A stretch of 64,000 nt of DNA. Origin: an uncultured Candidatus Saccharibacteria bacterium (GTDB taxonomy: Bacteria; Patescibacteriota; Minisyncoccia; 2-02-FULL-40-12; GWA2-44-9). The first letter of the stretch is position 1. Each line of letters begins with the position of its first letter. The notes below the pieces were generated by a model that had not been told where the DNA came from, searched no databases, and saw only the letters and a program-made list of their open reading frames with translations. Positions 10,103-17,915 of this stretch are shown here, one piece after another. The translations under genes and the position numbers were made by a program. The stretch is taken from the NCBI GenBank assembly GCA_964553025.1, contig CAZKJF010000018.1, positions 1,641 to 65,640 on the forward strand. The letters are read 5' to 3'.

Positions 10103-10978
10103 ATGCACCGCACGACGCGCCGAATTATCTTCTACATTTGCCTTTGCATCTTTGTCGCCGTCAGTTACGTGGTTATTTTGTACGCCCAGGGCTATCGATA
10201 CAGCTTTGCTGAAAGCCGATTTACCCGAACCGGAGCTTTAGACGTGAAAGTAAATACCCAAGCCCGAGTGTATATTGACGGCGAAGATCGGGGTGCAACT
10301 TCGTTTTTGAGCAACGTCGGCGGCGTCGACGGCCTTGTACCCGGTACCTATACGTTAAGCGTGCGCAAAGACGGCTACTCGGTTTGGCAGAAAAAAGTAA
10401 CGATTGAGGAAGGGTTCGTTCAGCATTTTCCGCATGTGTTGATTTTGCCGCAAACGGGGCAAGATGCGGAGAATGTCCGCCAGGAAATTACCGCCTTGCT
10501 GTATCCTCCGATACCGTCGCCGACTGCTTCCGCTTCGGCCTCGCCGGGTATTTCTCCTTCCAAAACGCCGAAACCGACTGCAACCAAAAAACCGACGATC
10601 TCGCCCAGTCCCACTGCCACGCCGTATCCTTCAGCCCCCTTCTTTATTGATAAAAATACGCTCTATGTCCAAGGCTCGGATCAGCCTCAAGCTATCGCCC
10701 AAAACGTCTCCACCGCGTATCTTTCAGATGATCATCAAAAAGTAATGTGGATTTCGGGCGGACAGGTGTGGGTGTATTGGATTTCCGCTGCCGATTATCA
10801 GCCGTTCCATGAAGCCGGCGACATCGCGATGATCGCCAGTTTTAAGTCCTCAATCAAAGCTATTGCCTGGTTTCGGGATAGCGATCATATCGTCGCCGAT
10901 ATTGGGACAAGCGTCAGCCCGCTCTATAAGATCGTTGAACTTGATACGCGCGGCGGCTTGAATACTATCAGCTATTAG
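10103..10978 (+). CDS. PEGA domain membrane-anchored protein
   Basis: N-terminal TM, YAQGY, PGTYTLSVRKDGYSVWQK (PEGA), S/P/T-rich linker; ATG 10103 preferred because a TATAAT lies inside the longer ORF. Confidence 0.8.
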   Translation: MHRTTRRIIFYICLCIFVAVSYVVILYAQGYRYSFAESRFTRTGALDVKVNTQARVYIDGEDRGATSFLSNVGGVDGLVPGTYTLSVRKDGYSVWQKKVTIEEGFVQHFPHVLILPQTGQDAENVRQEITALLYPPIPSPTASASASPGISPSKTPKPTATKKPTISPSPTATPYPSAPFFIDKNTLYVQGSDQPQAIAQNVSTAYLSDDHQKVMWISGGQVWVYWISAADYQPFHEAGDIAMIASFKSSIKAIAWFRDSDHIVADIGTSVSPLYKIVELDTRGGLNTISY

Positions 10979-10989
10979 GTTTGCTGCTG

Positions 10990-11029
10990 TCCATCAGAAA
11001 AGGACCCGTACGGGTCCTTTTCTGATGGA
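10990..11029. terminator. perfect 40-bp palindrome, bidirectional terminator
   Basis: TCCATCAGAAAAGGACCCGT|ACGGGTCCTTTTCTGATGGA between the convergent PEGA gene and rpsI. Confidence 0.8.
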
Positions 11030-11042
11030 GACTGGCGGCTTG

Positions 11043-11591
11043 TTAGCGCTTGTTCCACTGCGGAGACTTTCGGGCTTTCTTGAGGCCGTACTTGCGGCGC
11101 TCTTTGGCGCGCGGATCGCGCATCAGGAATTGAGATTTCTTGAGCTTCTTGCGGAAGTTCAGATCGAATAACACCAAGGCACGAGCGATGCCGTGTTTAA
11201 TGGCACCGGCTTGGCCGGCAATGCCGCCGCCGTTGACGACGACGGTCGCTTTGAAGCGATTCAGTGATTTGAGTTTGCGAAGCGGCGATTCAACGATGTA
11301 TTGCAAATTCACGTCCGAGAAATAGTCAGTGTAGTTCTTGTCGTTCACCGTAACCAGAGCTTTCTCTTCGTCGGCGGCATCAGTTGATTTTTTGGTAAAT
11401 AATCGGACGCGGGCGATCGATTCCTTGCGGCGGCCGACGGCTTCATAGTATTTCTCTTTGCCGCCTTTAGCGTCAGTATCGGCTTCGAATACGGGCGCGG
11501 CTGCATCCATGTCGGAATCAACGATAACTTCTTCGACCTCTTTCTTGGCCGGAGTCAGTTTTTTGGGTTGTGCGGGTTTGCGGGGTGGCAT
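11043..11591 (-). CDS. rpsI: 30S ribosomal protein S9 (N-terminal extension)
   Basis: GRRKESIARVRL, GGGIAGQAGAIKHGIARAL, RDPRAKERRKYGLKKARKSPQWNKR. Confidence 0.97.
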   Translation of the reverse strand: MPPRKPAQPKKLTPAKKEVEEVIVDSDMDAAAPVFEADTDAKGGKEKYYEAVGRRKESIARVRLFTKKSTDAADEEKALVTVNDKNYTDYFSDVNLQYIVESPLRKLKSLNRFKATVVVNGGGIAGQAGAIKHGIARALVLFDLNFRKKLKKSQFLMRDPRAKERRKYGLKKARKSPQWNKR

Positions 11592-11593
11592 GA

Positions 11594-11935
11594 TTATTTA
11601 ACTTTCAAATTCTTGATGATTTTATCGCGAGTTTTGTTTTTCGGCAACATCCGATAGACGACATGGCGCAAAACTTCGGCCGGCGATTTTTCCCAGCGCT
11701 GACCAAGCGTGCGGGCGCTGATGCCGCTGTGATAGCCAGAATAGCGATAATACATTTTATTGTTGAGCTTGTCGCCGGTAAATCGGGCCTTGTCGAGGTT
11801 CTTCACGTGGACTTCGATCTGCGGAGTCTGATGAGGCGTATAGGCCGGCGTGTGCTTGCCGCGCAAAACACTCGCCGCTTCGGTGGCAACGCGACCCAGT
11901 GCTTTATTTGTTGCGTCGATTTCGTACGTAGTCAT
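11594..11935 (-). CDS. rplM: 50S ribosomal protein L13 (short form)
   Basis: IDATNKALGRVA, LRGKH.P.YTPH, YYRYSGY, RMLPKN. Confidence 0.95.
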   Translation of the reverse strand: MTTYEIDATNKALGRVATEAASVLRGKHTPAYTPHQTPQIEVHVKNLDKARFTGDKLNNKMYYRYSGYHSGISARTLGQRWEKSPAEVLRHVVYRMLPKNKTRDKIIKNLKVK

Positions 11936-11937
11936 GG

Positions 11938-12285
11938 TTATTTCACAAGCTGAATTAAGGCCATTTCTGCGCCATCGCTTTTGCGCTGGCCGAGGCGGAT
12001 GATGCGGGTGTATCCGCCGGCGCGGCTTGCCTGATCTCTGGCGATCTCATTCATTAATTTTTGAACGGCCTTCGGTCCCAATTCGGCTGCCAGTTCGCGA
12101 CGGGCATTCAAATTCTGGCGTTTGGCGAGGGTGATCAAGCGGGCGATCTCTTTGGTCAAAGATTTGGCTTTGGCTTCGGTAGTTTTGATCTGGCCATGAT
12201 CAATCAGCGCCGTTGCCAGCGATTTATAGAGTGCGTTGCGGAGATTGCGCTCACGGCCGAATTTTCGATGATTTCCTCGTCGCAT
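11938..12285 (-). CDS. rplQ: 50S ribosomal protein L17
   Basis: IKTTEAKAK, LITLAK, GGYTRI, RKSDGAEMA. Confidence 0.97.
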   Translation of the reverse strand: MRRGNHRKFGRERNLRNALYKSLATALIDHGQIKTTEAKAKSLTKEIARLITLAKRQNLNARRELAAELGPKAVQKLMNEIARDQASRAGGYTRIIRLGQRKSDGAEMALIQLVK

Positions 12286-12288
12286 GGT

Positions 12289-13026
12289 TTATTTGGTTTT
12301 CTTTTTGGTCGCTGCTGTAGACGGTTTCTTTTCTTTGACTTCCGGAATGGCGACATCGGAGACGGCTTTAAAATGATCGATTAAAATTTCAGCGGATTTC
12401 TTGAGGGCCAATTCCGGTTCCAGCGAACCGTCGGTTTCAATTTCCATCGTAATCTTGTTGAAATCAATGCGCTGGCCGACGCGGACGTCTTCGATTTTGA
12501 AGTTAACCAATCGGACCGGCGAGAAAGCAGCATCAATGGCGATGACCCCGATGGCGAGTTTTTCCTTCTGGCGCTGTTCAACAGGAACATAGCCGACGCC
12601 GCGTTCAACGTCGATCTCCATCGAGAATTCAGTTTTCTTGTCGGTAATCGTGGCAATATGCTGATCTTTATTAATGACTTCCACGTCCGGCGTGGTTTTG
12701 ATATCAGCGGCGGTAACGGCTTTTTCGCCTTTGACTTCGAGCGTAAGCTTGGCCGACGCTTCCCCGTGCAATTTAAAACGGATCTTCTTAAGATTCAAAA
12801 TAATTTCGATCACGTCTTCCAGGACGCCGGGCATGCTTGAGAATTCATGGTCAACTCCTTTGATCTTGACCGAAGTGATTGCCGCGCCTTCCAAAGATGA
12901 CAACAGCACGCGTCGAAGCGGATTGGCGATCGTTGCACCGTAGCCGGGCATCAGCGGTCCGATTTCGATCGTGGCCTTGCTGCCCTCTTTAGCGATTACT
13001 TTGATTGTATCCGGTAACTGTATCAT
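12289..13026 (-). CDS. rpoA: RNA polymerase alpha subunit, NTD only
   Basis: PGYGATIANPLRRVLLSSLEGAAIT, HEFS..PGVLEDV, IDAAFSPV; ends after 245 aa. Confidence 0.96.
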   Translation of the reverse strand: MIQLPDTIKVIAKEGSKATIEIGPLMPGYGATIANPLRRVLLSSLEGAAITSVKIKGVDHEFSSMPGVLEDVIEIILNLKKIRFKLHGEASAKLTLEVKGEKAVTAADIKTTPDVEVINKDQHIATITDKKTEFSMEIDVERGVGYVPVEQRQKEKLAIGVIAIDAAFSPVRLVNFKIEDVRVGQRIDFNKITMEIETDGSLEPELALKKSAEILIDHFKAVSDVAIPEVKEKKPSTAATKKKTK

Positions 13027-13080
13027 GGATTTGAGCTGGTATATGGATTAGTAATCTCGCATATATCCGCTTGTTATATT

Positions 13081-13716
13081 TTAACGGGAATAAAACTCGA
13101 TTATGGCTTGCAAGTCGTTGACGCCGATACCGCTTTCTTCGGGGGTCGTCATGCCTTTCACCGTCGCCGTCATCGTCTCTTTCTTTAATTCAATCCAGCT
13201 TGGCGCATCATACTTCGCCAGCCACTGCGGGACAAGATTCGTAAAGTAAGCGGCTTTTCGGCTTCCTTCTCGAACGGTAATGACATCGCCGATGCGGACA
13301 CGGAAAGACGGAATATTGACCTTCTCGCCGTTGACCAGGATATGGCCGTGATTGACGATCTGGCGAGCTTGGTCGCGAGACTGGGCAAGACCCATGCGGA
13401 AAACGACATTATCCAGGCGGTGCTCAAAGGCATTCAAAATGGTGCTGTAGGGTTCCTTTTTGGTGGCAACGGCTTTTTTGATATAGGCCTTGAACTGTTT
13501 TTCCAGCAAGCGATAGATGTTCTTTACCTTTTGCTTGGACTTCAGCTGGATTGCGTATTCGGAAGGCTTGCGGGAAGGTTTGCGGCCGTTAATACCCGGC
13601 GGATACGGTTTTTTGGTAATGGCAGTTTTGCCGTTTTGAGAACGTTCACCCTTGATGAGAATTTTCTCACCGATTCGTCGTTCTATTTTTTCTTTTGGTC
13701 CTGTATAGCGTGCCAT
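13081..13716 (-). CDS. rpsD: 30S ribosomal protein S4
   Basis: MARYTGP, EHRLDNVVFRMG, ARQIVNHGHILVNG, IIEFYSR. Confidence 0.97.
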   Translation of the reverse strand: MARYTGPKEKIERRIGEKILIKGERSQNGKTAITKKPYPPGINGRKPSRKPSEYAIQLKSKQKVKNIYRLLEKQFKAYIKKAVATKKEPYSTILNAFEHRLDNVVFRMGLAQSRDQARQIVNHGHILVNGEKVNIPSFRVRIGDVITVREGSRKAAYFTNLVPQWLAKYDAPSWIELKKETMTATVKGMTTPEESGIGVNDLQAIIEFYSR

Positions 13717-13725
13717 AGTGTGTGA

Positions 13726-14166
13726 TTATACGCGGCGCGGTTTCTTGCGTCGGACGCCGTTGTGGGCGATTGGCGTGTTATCCTGGATGGACATTACGTT
13801 CAAACCGCTGCCCGCGAGTCCGCGGATCGCGGACTCGCGGCCCGGCCCGACGCCTTTCACGACGATTTTAATATTTTGCAGATTATATTTCTTGGCCTTT
13901 TCGAGGCAATCCTTTGCTACTAGGTTTGCGGCATACGGAGTGGATTTCTTAGTACCCTTGAAGCCCAAAAGACCGGCTGAAGACCAGGAAATAATCTGGC
14001 CCTTGCTGTCGCCGATAGCGATAAGCGTGTTGTTGTATGAAACGTTGATATGAGCGGTCCCGTTCAAAACCTGCTTCTTGGAAGAAGCCTTCTTGGGAGC
14101 TTCGGCGACCGCCGGAGTTTCCGCGGCCGGAGCGTCTGTTTTCGTGATTAATTTATTCTTTCCCAT
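13726..14166 (-). CDS. rpsK: 30S ribosomal protein S11
   Basis: GFKGTKKSTPYAA, GPGRESAIR, PIAHNGVRRKKPRRV. Confidence 0.97.
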   Translation of the reverse strand: MGKNKLITKTDAPAAETPAVAEAPKKASSKKQVLNGTAHINVSYNNTLIAIGDSKGQIISWSSAGLLGFKGTKKSTPYAANLVAKDCLEKAKKYNLQNIKIVVKGVGPGRESAIRGLAGSGLNVMSIQDNTPIAHNGVRRKKPRRV

Positions 14167-14181
14167 GTGTTTGAATCAGGT

Positions 14182-14568
14182 TTATGTCTTTTCAGCTGAC
14201 GGTTTGCGACCCGAACCCATTGTCTTGCGGACGTTGCCGCGCGTGGTGCGGGAGTTGGTCTTGGTGCGGCCATGGAGCGGGAGACGACGCGCGTGGCGGA
14301 CGCCTTTCCAAGCCCCGATTTCCTTGAGGCGTTTGACATTCTGGCTGATCTCTCGGCGCAGATCGCCTTCCACGCGATAGCCCTTTTCGATGATTTTTTG
14401 AATTTTATTCAATTCCTCGGCGGTCAAATCTTTGGCGCGCTTGTCGAGGTCAATGCCGGCCGAGCGGAGAATTACCGTCGCAGCCGTGTGGCCAATACCG
14501 TATAAATACGGCAAGGCGTACTCGATCTTCTTATTATCCGGAATATTGATACCGAGAATTCGTGGCAT
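14182..14568 (-). CDS. rpsM: 30S ribosomal protein S13
   Basis: RILGINIP, YGIG, EGDLRRE, RTKTNSRT. Confidence 0.97.
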   Translation of the reverse strand: MPRILGINIPDNKKIEYALPYLYGIGHTAATVILRSAGIDLDKRAKDLTAEELNKIQKIIEKGYRVEGDLRREISQNVKRLKEIGAWKGVRHARRLPLHGRTKTNSRTTRGNVRKTMGSGRKPSAEKT

Positions 14569-14572
14569 GGAT

Positions 14573-14686
14573 TTAACCTTGGCGCTGCTTATGTTTGGGA
14601 TTTTTGCACACGCAATACAGGCGTCCCTTGCGGCGCACTAACTTGCAGTTATTGCACATGGGTTTTACTGATGCGCGTACTTTCAT
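14573..14686 (-). CDS. rpmJ: 50S ribosomal protein L36
   Basis: Below the ORF-track cutoff; manual translation [37 protein letters not shown]. Confidence 0.95.
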   Translation of the reverse strand: MKVRASVKPMCNNCKLVRRKGRLYCVCKNPKHKQRQG

Positions 14687-14691
14687 CTCAA

Positions 14692-14913
14692 TTAATTGCG
14701 ATATACGATCCGGCCCCGCTGTCCGTCCGGAGAAAGCTCCATGGTAACGCGATCGCCGATCATCACTTTAATATAATTCATCCGCATTTTACCCGCCAGG
14801 TATGCCAATACTTCCCGGCCATCCTCGAGCTGGACTTTAAAAGTCGTATCGGGGAGAGCTTCGATAATAATGCCATTGATCTTTTCTTTTTGCGGGTTTT
14901 GTTGGCTTGGCAC
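14692..14913 (-). CDS. infA: translation initiation factor IF-1
   Basis: [39 protein letters not shown]; GTG 14913 gives normal length. Confidence 0.95.
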   Translation of the reverse strand: MPSQQNPQKEKINGIIIEALPDTTFKVQLEDGREVLAYLAGKMRMNYIKVMIGDRVTMELSPDGQRGRIVYRN

Positions 14914-14932
14914 CGTGGGTGTATGGCTCTTT

Positions 14933-15037
14933 AAAAAAGAAAGGCCATCATGCGTGGTGGCTCTGGTAACGGGGGCCGCCACTTAGTAATCATGGGTCCC
15001 GTGGAGAAACTCTTGCCTGGAGGCCGTTATTTCAACT
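14933..15037 (-). ncRNA. candidate structured 5' leader / attenuator of the infA-alpha operon
   Basis: GC-rich non-coding leader with stem ACGGG/CCCGT, a terminator-like hairpin (14944-14961) plus U-tract, and a competing GTGGC/GCCAC pairing. Confidence 0.5.
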
Positions 15038-15042
15038 CCAGT

Positions 15043-15071
15043 ATCTTAGCAAATAGGCCATTTTCTGTCAA
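15043..15071 (-). promoter_or_regulatory. sigma70 promoter of the infA/alpha operon
   Basis: TTGACA-17 nt-TAAGAT with extended -10 TG. Confidence 0.8.
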
Positions 15072-15082
15072 TGGGGATATCG

Positions 15083-16924
15083 CTAATAGCTGAAATTGAT
15101 GTGGACTTTGTCGCTGTTTTTAGGAATCGAACGGACCCAGAGCGGCCGGAGGACAACGTTGGCCGAGGTGATATTCGGCAGGTTTTCTAAGTAATTCTTG
15201 ATGTCCTGGTCATGTTTGCCCAGGAGTTGGGCAGTCAGTTGGCCGGCGTCGATTTTGGCGTAAGCCCGGCCGGTAACGGTGACCGTCATAGTAAGCGTTT
15301 TGGCAGCCGGATCGTAATGATCATTGCTGTAGGTAACCGTAATTTTGCCGGGTTCGACATGAAGGCCGTTCTTGGCGTCCACATAACCGGCGATTAAGGA
15401 TTGAATATCAGATTCGCGGAAACCGACGGCAGTTACAGTGCCTTTGAGCGTCATGGTGATGGTATCGGCGGCTTCATCAACCTCGGCCGAAACGGTGGGC
15501 GCGGCAATTTGAATGTCTGATTGGCCGAGCACTTTCAATCCGCTGGCCTGGGATCCAAGTTCATCCTGAACTTGGGATTTTAGCTGGTCGGTAAGCGTGG
15601 CTTTCAAAATGTCGTAATCGCTCTGGGTTACGACATTCGCTTTACCGCTCGTACCGCCTTTCATGGGAGCGGCGGCCTTACCGTAAATTTTTTGGAATTT
15701 GGTCGCATCCCCTTTTTCCTGAAAAGCAGGGATGGTGAACGTGCCGGCGGCGACGTTGTAATCAGTGCCGGCTTTGTCCGCGATGATCTGAACGTTAACA
15801 GTTCCCGGCGTGGTTGCATTCTTGGCCGCCGGCACGTTCACATTCGTTAAAGTGCGGAATACGTGGCCGTCAGAAGAAGTAAAGCGCGTTGTTGCAATCA
15901 ATGATTGGGCGGCGTTGGTTTCATTATATATCGTAATCGTGCCTCGTGCTTTCTGAGCTACGTCTTTTTGGCCGGTCGTGGCGGCGCTTTGGGAAACTTC
16001 TTTTTGAACCGTGAAAATCTGGCCCGGGATTTTCATGCCCGCGGCGTCAACCGTAGCGATATTCTCGCCGGCGGCGACATTCAAAGCCAAATTAATCGGT
16101 GTGCTTTGGGGCTCGACGGTGACTTGGGCGCTGCCGGTAGTCATATAGAGTACGCCGGCGGCGGCGGCGAGCAGGGCGACGGCAAACGTCGCAATCAGGC
16201 GCGTACGCATGCGGCGCCCGGACTTGGGCGGGACGCTTGCGGGCGCAATCCTGGTTTTCAGGCCGGCTTTCTTGGCGACGAATTCAGGCCGCCACATGCT
16301 TTCAACGGCATCTTCATCGATACCGCGTTCAGCGGCGGGAATGTGGTGAACTTCGAGATTTTGCTGTTTCTCCCGGGTTGCGGAAATCTTAACCGGCTTC
16401 TGGTCTTCAATATCGTCAGTATCAATAATTTCCTCCATCCGTCGGGCAACAGCAGGAACCGTTTCGGCTTCGCCCTCGTCAATGTCTTCTTTGGGAGTTT
16501 CTTCTATTTCGGGTTCAGATTGATCTTCGGCAACTTCTTGTTCATCGGCTGGATCCTCCTCTGTTTCTTCAACTGCGATTTCATGCTTGGCCGGCGCAAC
16601 TTGGTAGAATTCTTCAATCTGATTGACGACGTTTACGGAGTTGGATTTTTTGCGGCTGGATGATGCGGGCCGGGACAGTAAAACGTCAAATCCGTATTGT
16701 TTGGCGATTTCATTAACGTCAGGATTCGAACACAGAAAAGAAACCGTCTTTTTGATGGAATTGGCTTCTTCTCGGAGCGTAGCGAAGTGAGCTTCTTTTT
16801 GGAATGCTTTGGAACGTTTGGGCAGGACGAAGATTACTTCAGCAGCCGGCGTAGACTTGAAGATATCAAGGATTTCGCTAAAGGAGTCGTCCTTTAAAAC
16901 ATTGATAATCTTTGTAGAAGCCAT
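15083..16924 (-). CDS. membrane-anchored baseplate J/gp47-like domain protein
   Basis: N-terminal domain, acidic linker, single TM, then KARGTITIYN...TRF...G..FR..V.VP...A...G..YN...GG pattern. Confidence 0.65.
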   Translation of the reverse strand: MASTKIINVLKDDSFSEILDIFKSTPAAEVIFVLPKRSKAFQKEAHFATLREEANSIKKTVSFLCSNPDVNEIAKQYGFDVLLSRPASSSRKKSNSVNVVNQIEEFYQVAPAKHEIAVEETEEDPADEQEVAEDQSEPEIEETPKEDIDEGEAETVPAVARRMEEIIDTDDIEDQKPVKISATREKQQNLEVHHIPAAERGIDEDAVESMWRPEFVAKKAGLKTRIAPASVPPKSGRRMRTRLIATFAVALLAAAAGVLYMTTGSAQVTVEPQSTPINLALNVAAGENIATVDAAGMKIPGQIFTVQKEVSQSAATTGQKDVAQKARGTITIYNETNAAQSLIATTRFTSSDGHVFRTLTNVNVPAAKNATTPGTVNVQIIADKAGTDYNVAAGTFTIPAFQEKGDATKFQKIYGKAAAPMKGGTSGKANVVTQSDYDILKATLTDQLKSQVQDELGSQASGLKVLGQSDIQIAAPTVSAEVDEAADTITMTLKGTVTAVGFRESDIQSLIAGYVDAKNGLHVEPGKITVTYSNDHYDPAAKTLTMTVTVTGRAYAKIDAGQLTAQLLGKHDQDIKNYLENLPNITSANVVLRPLWVRSIPKNSDKVHINFSY

Positions 16925-16968
16925 GTATATAAGTTATTCTAACAGGTTTTTCAATTATAGCGCAAGAT

Positions 16969-17913
16969 TCAATTATTTGCCAAGACGGCCAGGGCCTGGC
17001 TGGCGTTTTTGGTCAGCATCAGCTGATCTCGCAATTCTTTGGCTTGGGGCCAGCCGGCGATGTATACCTTATAGAATCGCTTCAGAACGTCGTAATGCTT
17101 CTGTTCGCCCCAGAGTTCCATGAAGAGTTCAACGTGGCGACGGCACAATTTGATGCGTTCGAAAGGAGTTTTGGAGGCGGGATCGACGGTCGGATCAAAC
17201 AGCCACGGATTGCGGAATATCGCCCGTCCGACCATGATGCCGTCTAGGCCATGCTGATTAGCCTTCTCGATACCCTCTCGATGCGAAGCAACGTCGCCGT
17301 TAGCGACAACAGTGGTATCATATGATTTGGCCAGGCGAGCAATCTCACCTGCTAGCTCCCAATGGGCCGGGACTTTTGACATTTCTTTCATAGTCCGGAG
17401 ATGAACGATCAGCGCCGCGGCGCCCGCGGCGAGGATGTTTTCAAGCCATCTCATATCCGGTTCATTGAAGCCGAGCCGGGTTTTGAGGGAAACCGGCAGG
17501 CCGCCGGCGCCGCGTTTCGCAGCTTCAATAATCTCCCGCGCCAATTCCGGCGTTTTGCAGAGTGCGATTCCCGCTCCTTGTTTAATAACTTTGCGATCAG
17601 GGCAGCCCATATTGATATCGATGCCGTCAAATCCCAAATCCTTAATGAGCCGCGCGGATTCAAAGAAGTGCTCCGGATTATTGCCGAATATTTGGGCGAC
17701 AATCGGCCGTTCATTTTCTCGAAAAGCAAAATGCGGCAGCAATTTTGACTGGCCCCTTTCCGAGCATAAACCCGCCGCCGATACGAATTCGGTATAAAAA
17801 ACATCCGGCCGGCCGCACTCGGCCACGATCTGCCGGAAGGCCATATCCGTCACATCAGCCATCGGCGCCAGTGCGAAAAACGGCTTTTTAAGTTCCTGCC
17901 AGAAGTTTGCCAT
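16969..17913 (-). CDS. dus: tRNA-dihydrouridine synthase
   Basis: LAPMADVTD, GIDINMGCP, VSLKTRLG, ANGDV, GIMVGR. Confidence 0.93.
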   Translation of the reverse strand: MANFWQELKKPFFALAPMADVTDMAFRQIVAECGRPDVFYTEFVSAAGLCSERGQSKLLPHFAFRENERPIVAQIFGNNPEHFFESARLIKDLGFDGIDINMGCPDRKVIKQGAGIALCKTPELAREIIEAAKRGAGGLPVSLKTRLGFNEPDMRWLENILAAGAAALIVHLRTMKEMSKVPAHWELAGEIARLAKSYDTTVVANGDVASHREGIEKANQHGLDGIMVGRAIFRNPWLFDPTVDPASKTPFERIKLCRRHVELFMELWGEQKHYDVLKRFYKVYIAGWPQAKELRDQLMLTKNASQALAVLANN

Positions 17914-17915
17914 AG

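Noticed and set aside
14985-15030. Purine riboswitch resemblance (AGTTTCTCCACGGG versus AGTTTCTACC)
   Set aside because: The P1-P3 junction and loop-loop consensus could not be built; kept only as an unclassified leader.
15083-16924. Prophage or contractile injection system
   Set aside because: Only one baseplate-like domain, with a TM anchor, and no other structural phage genes.
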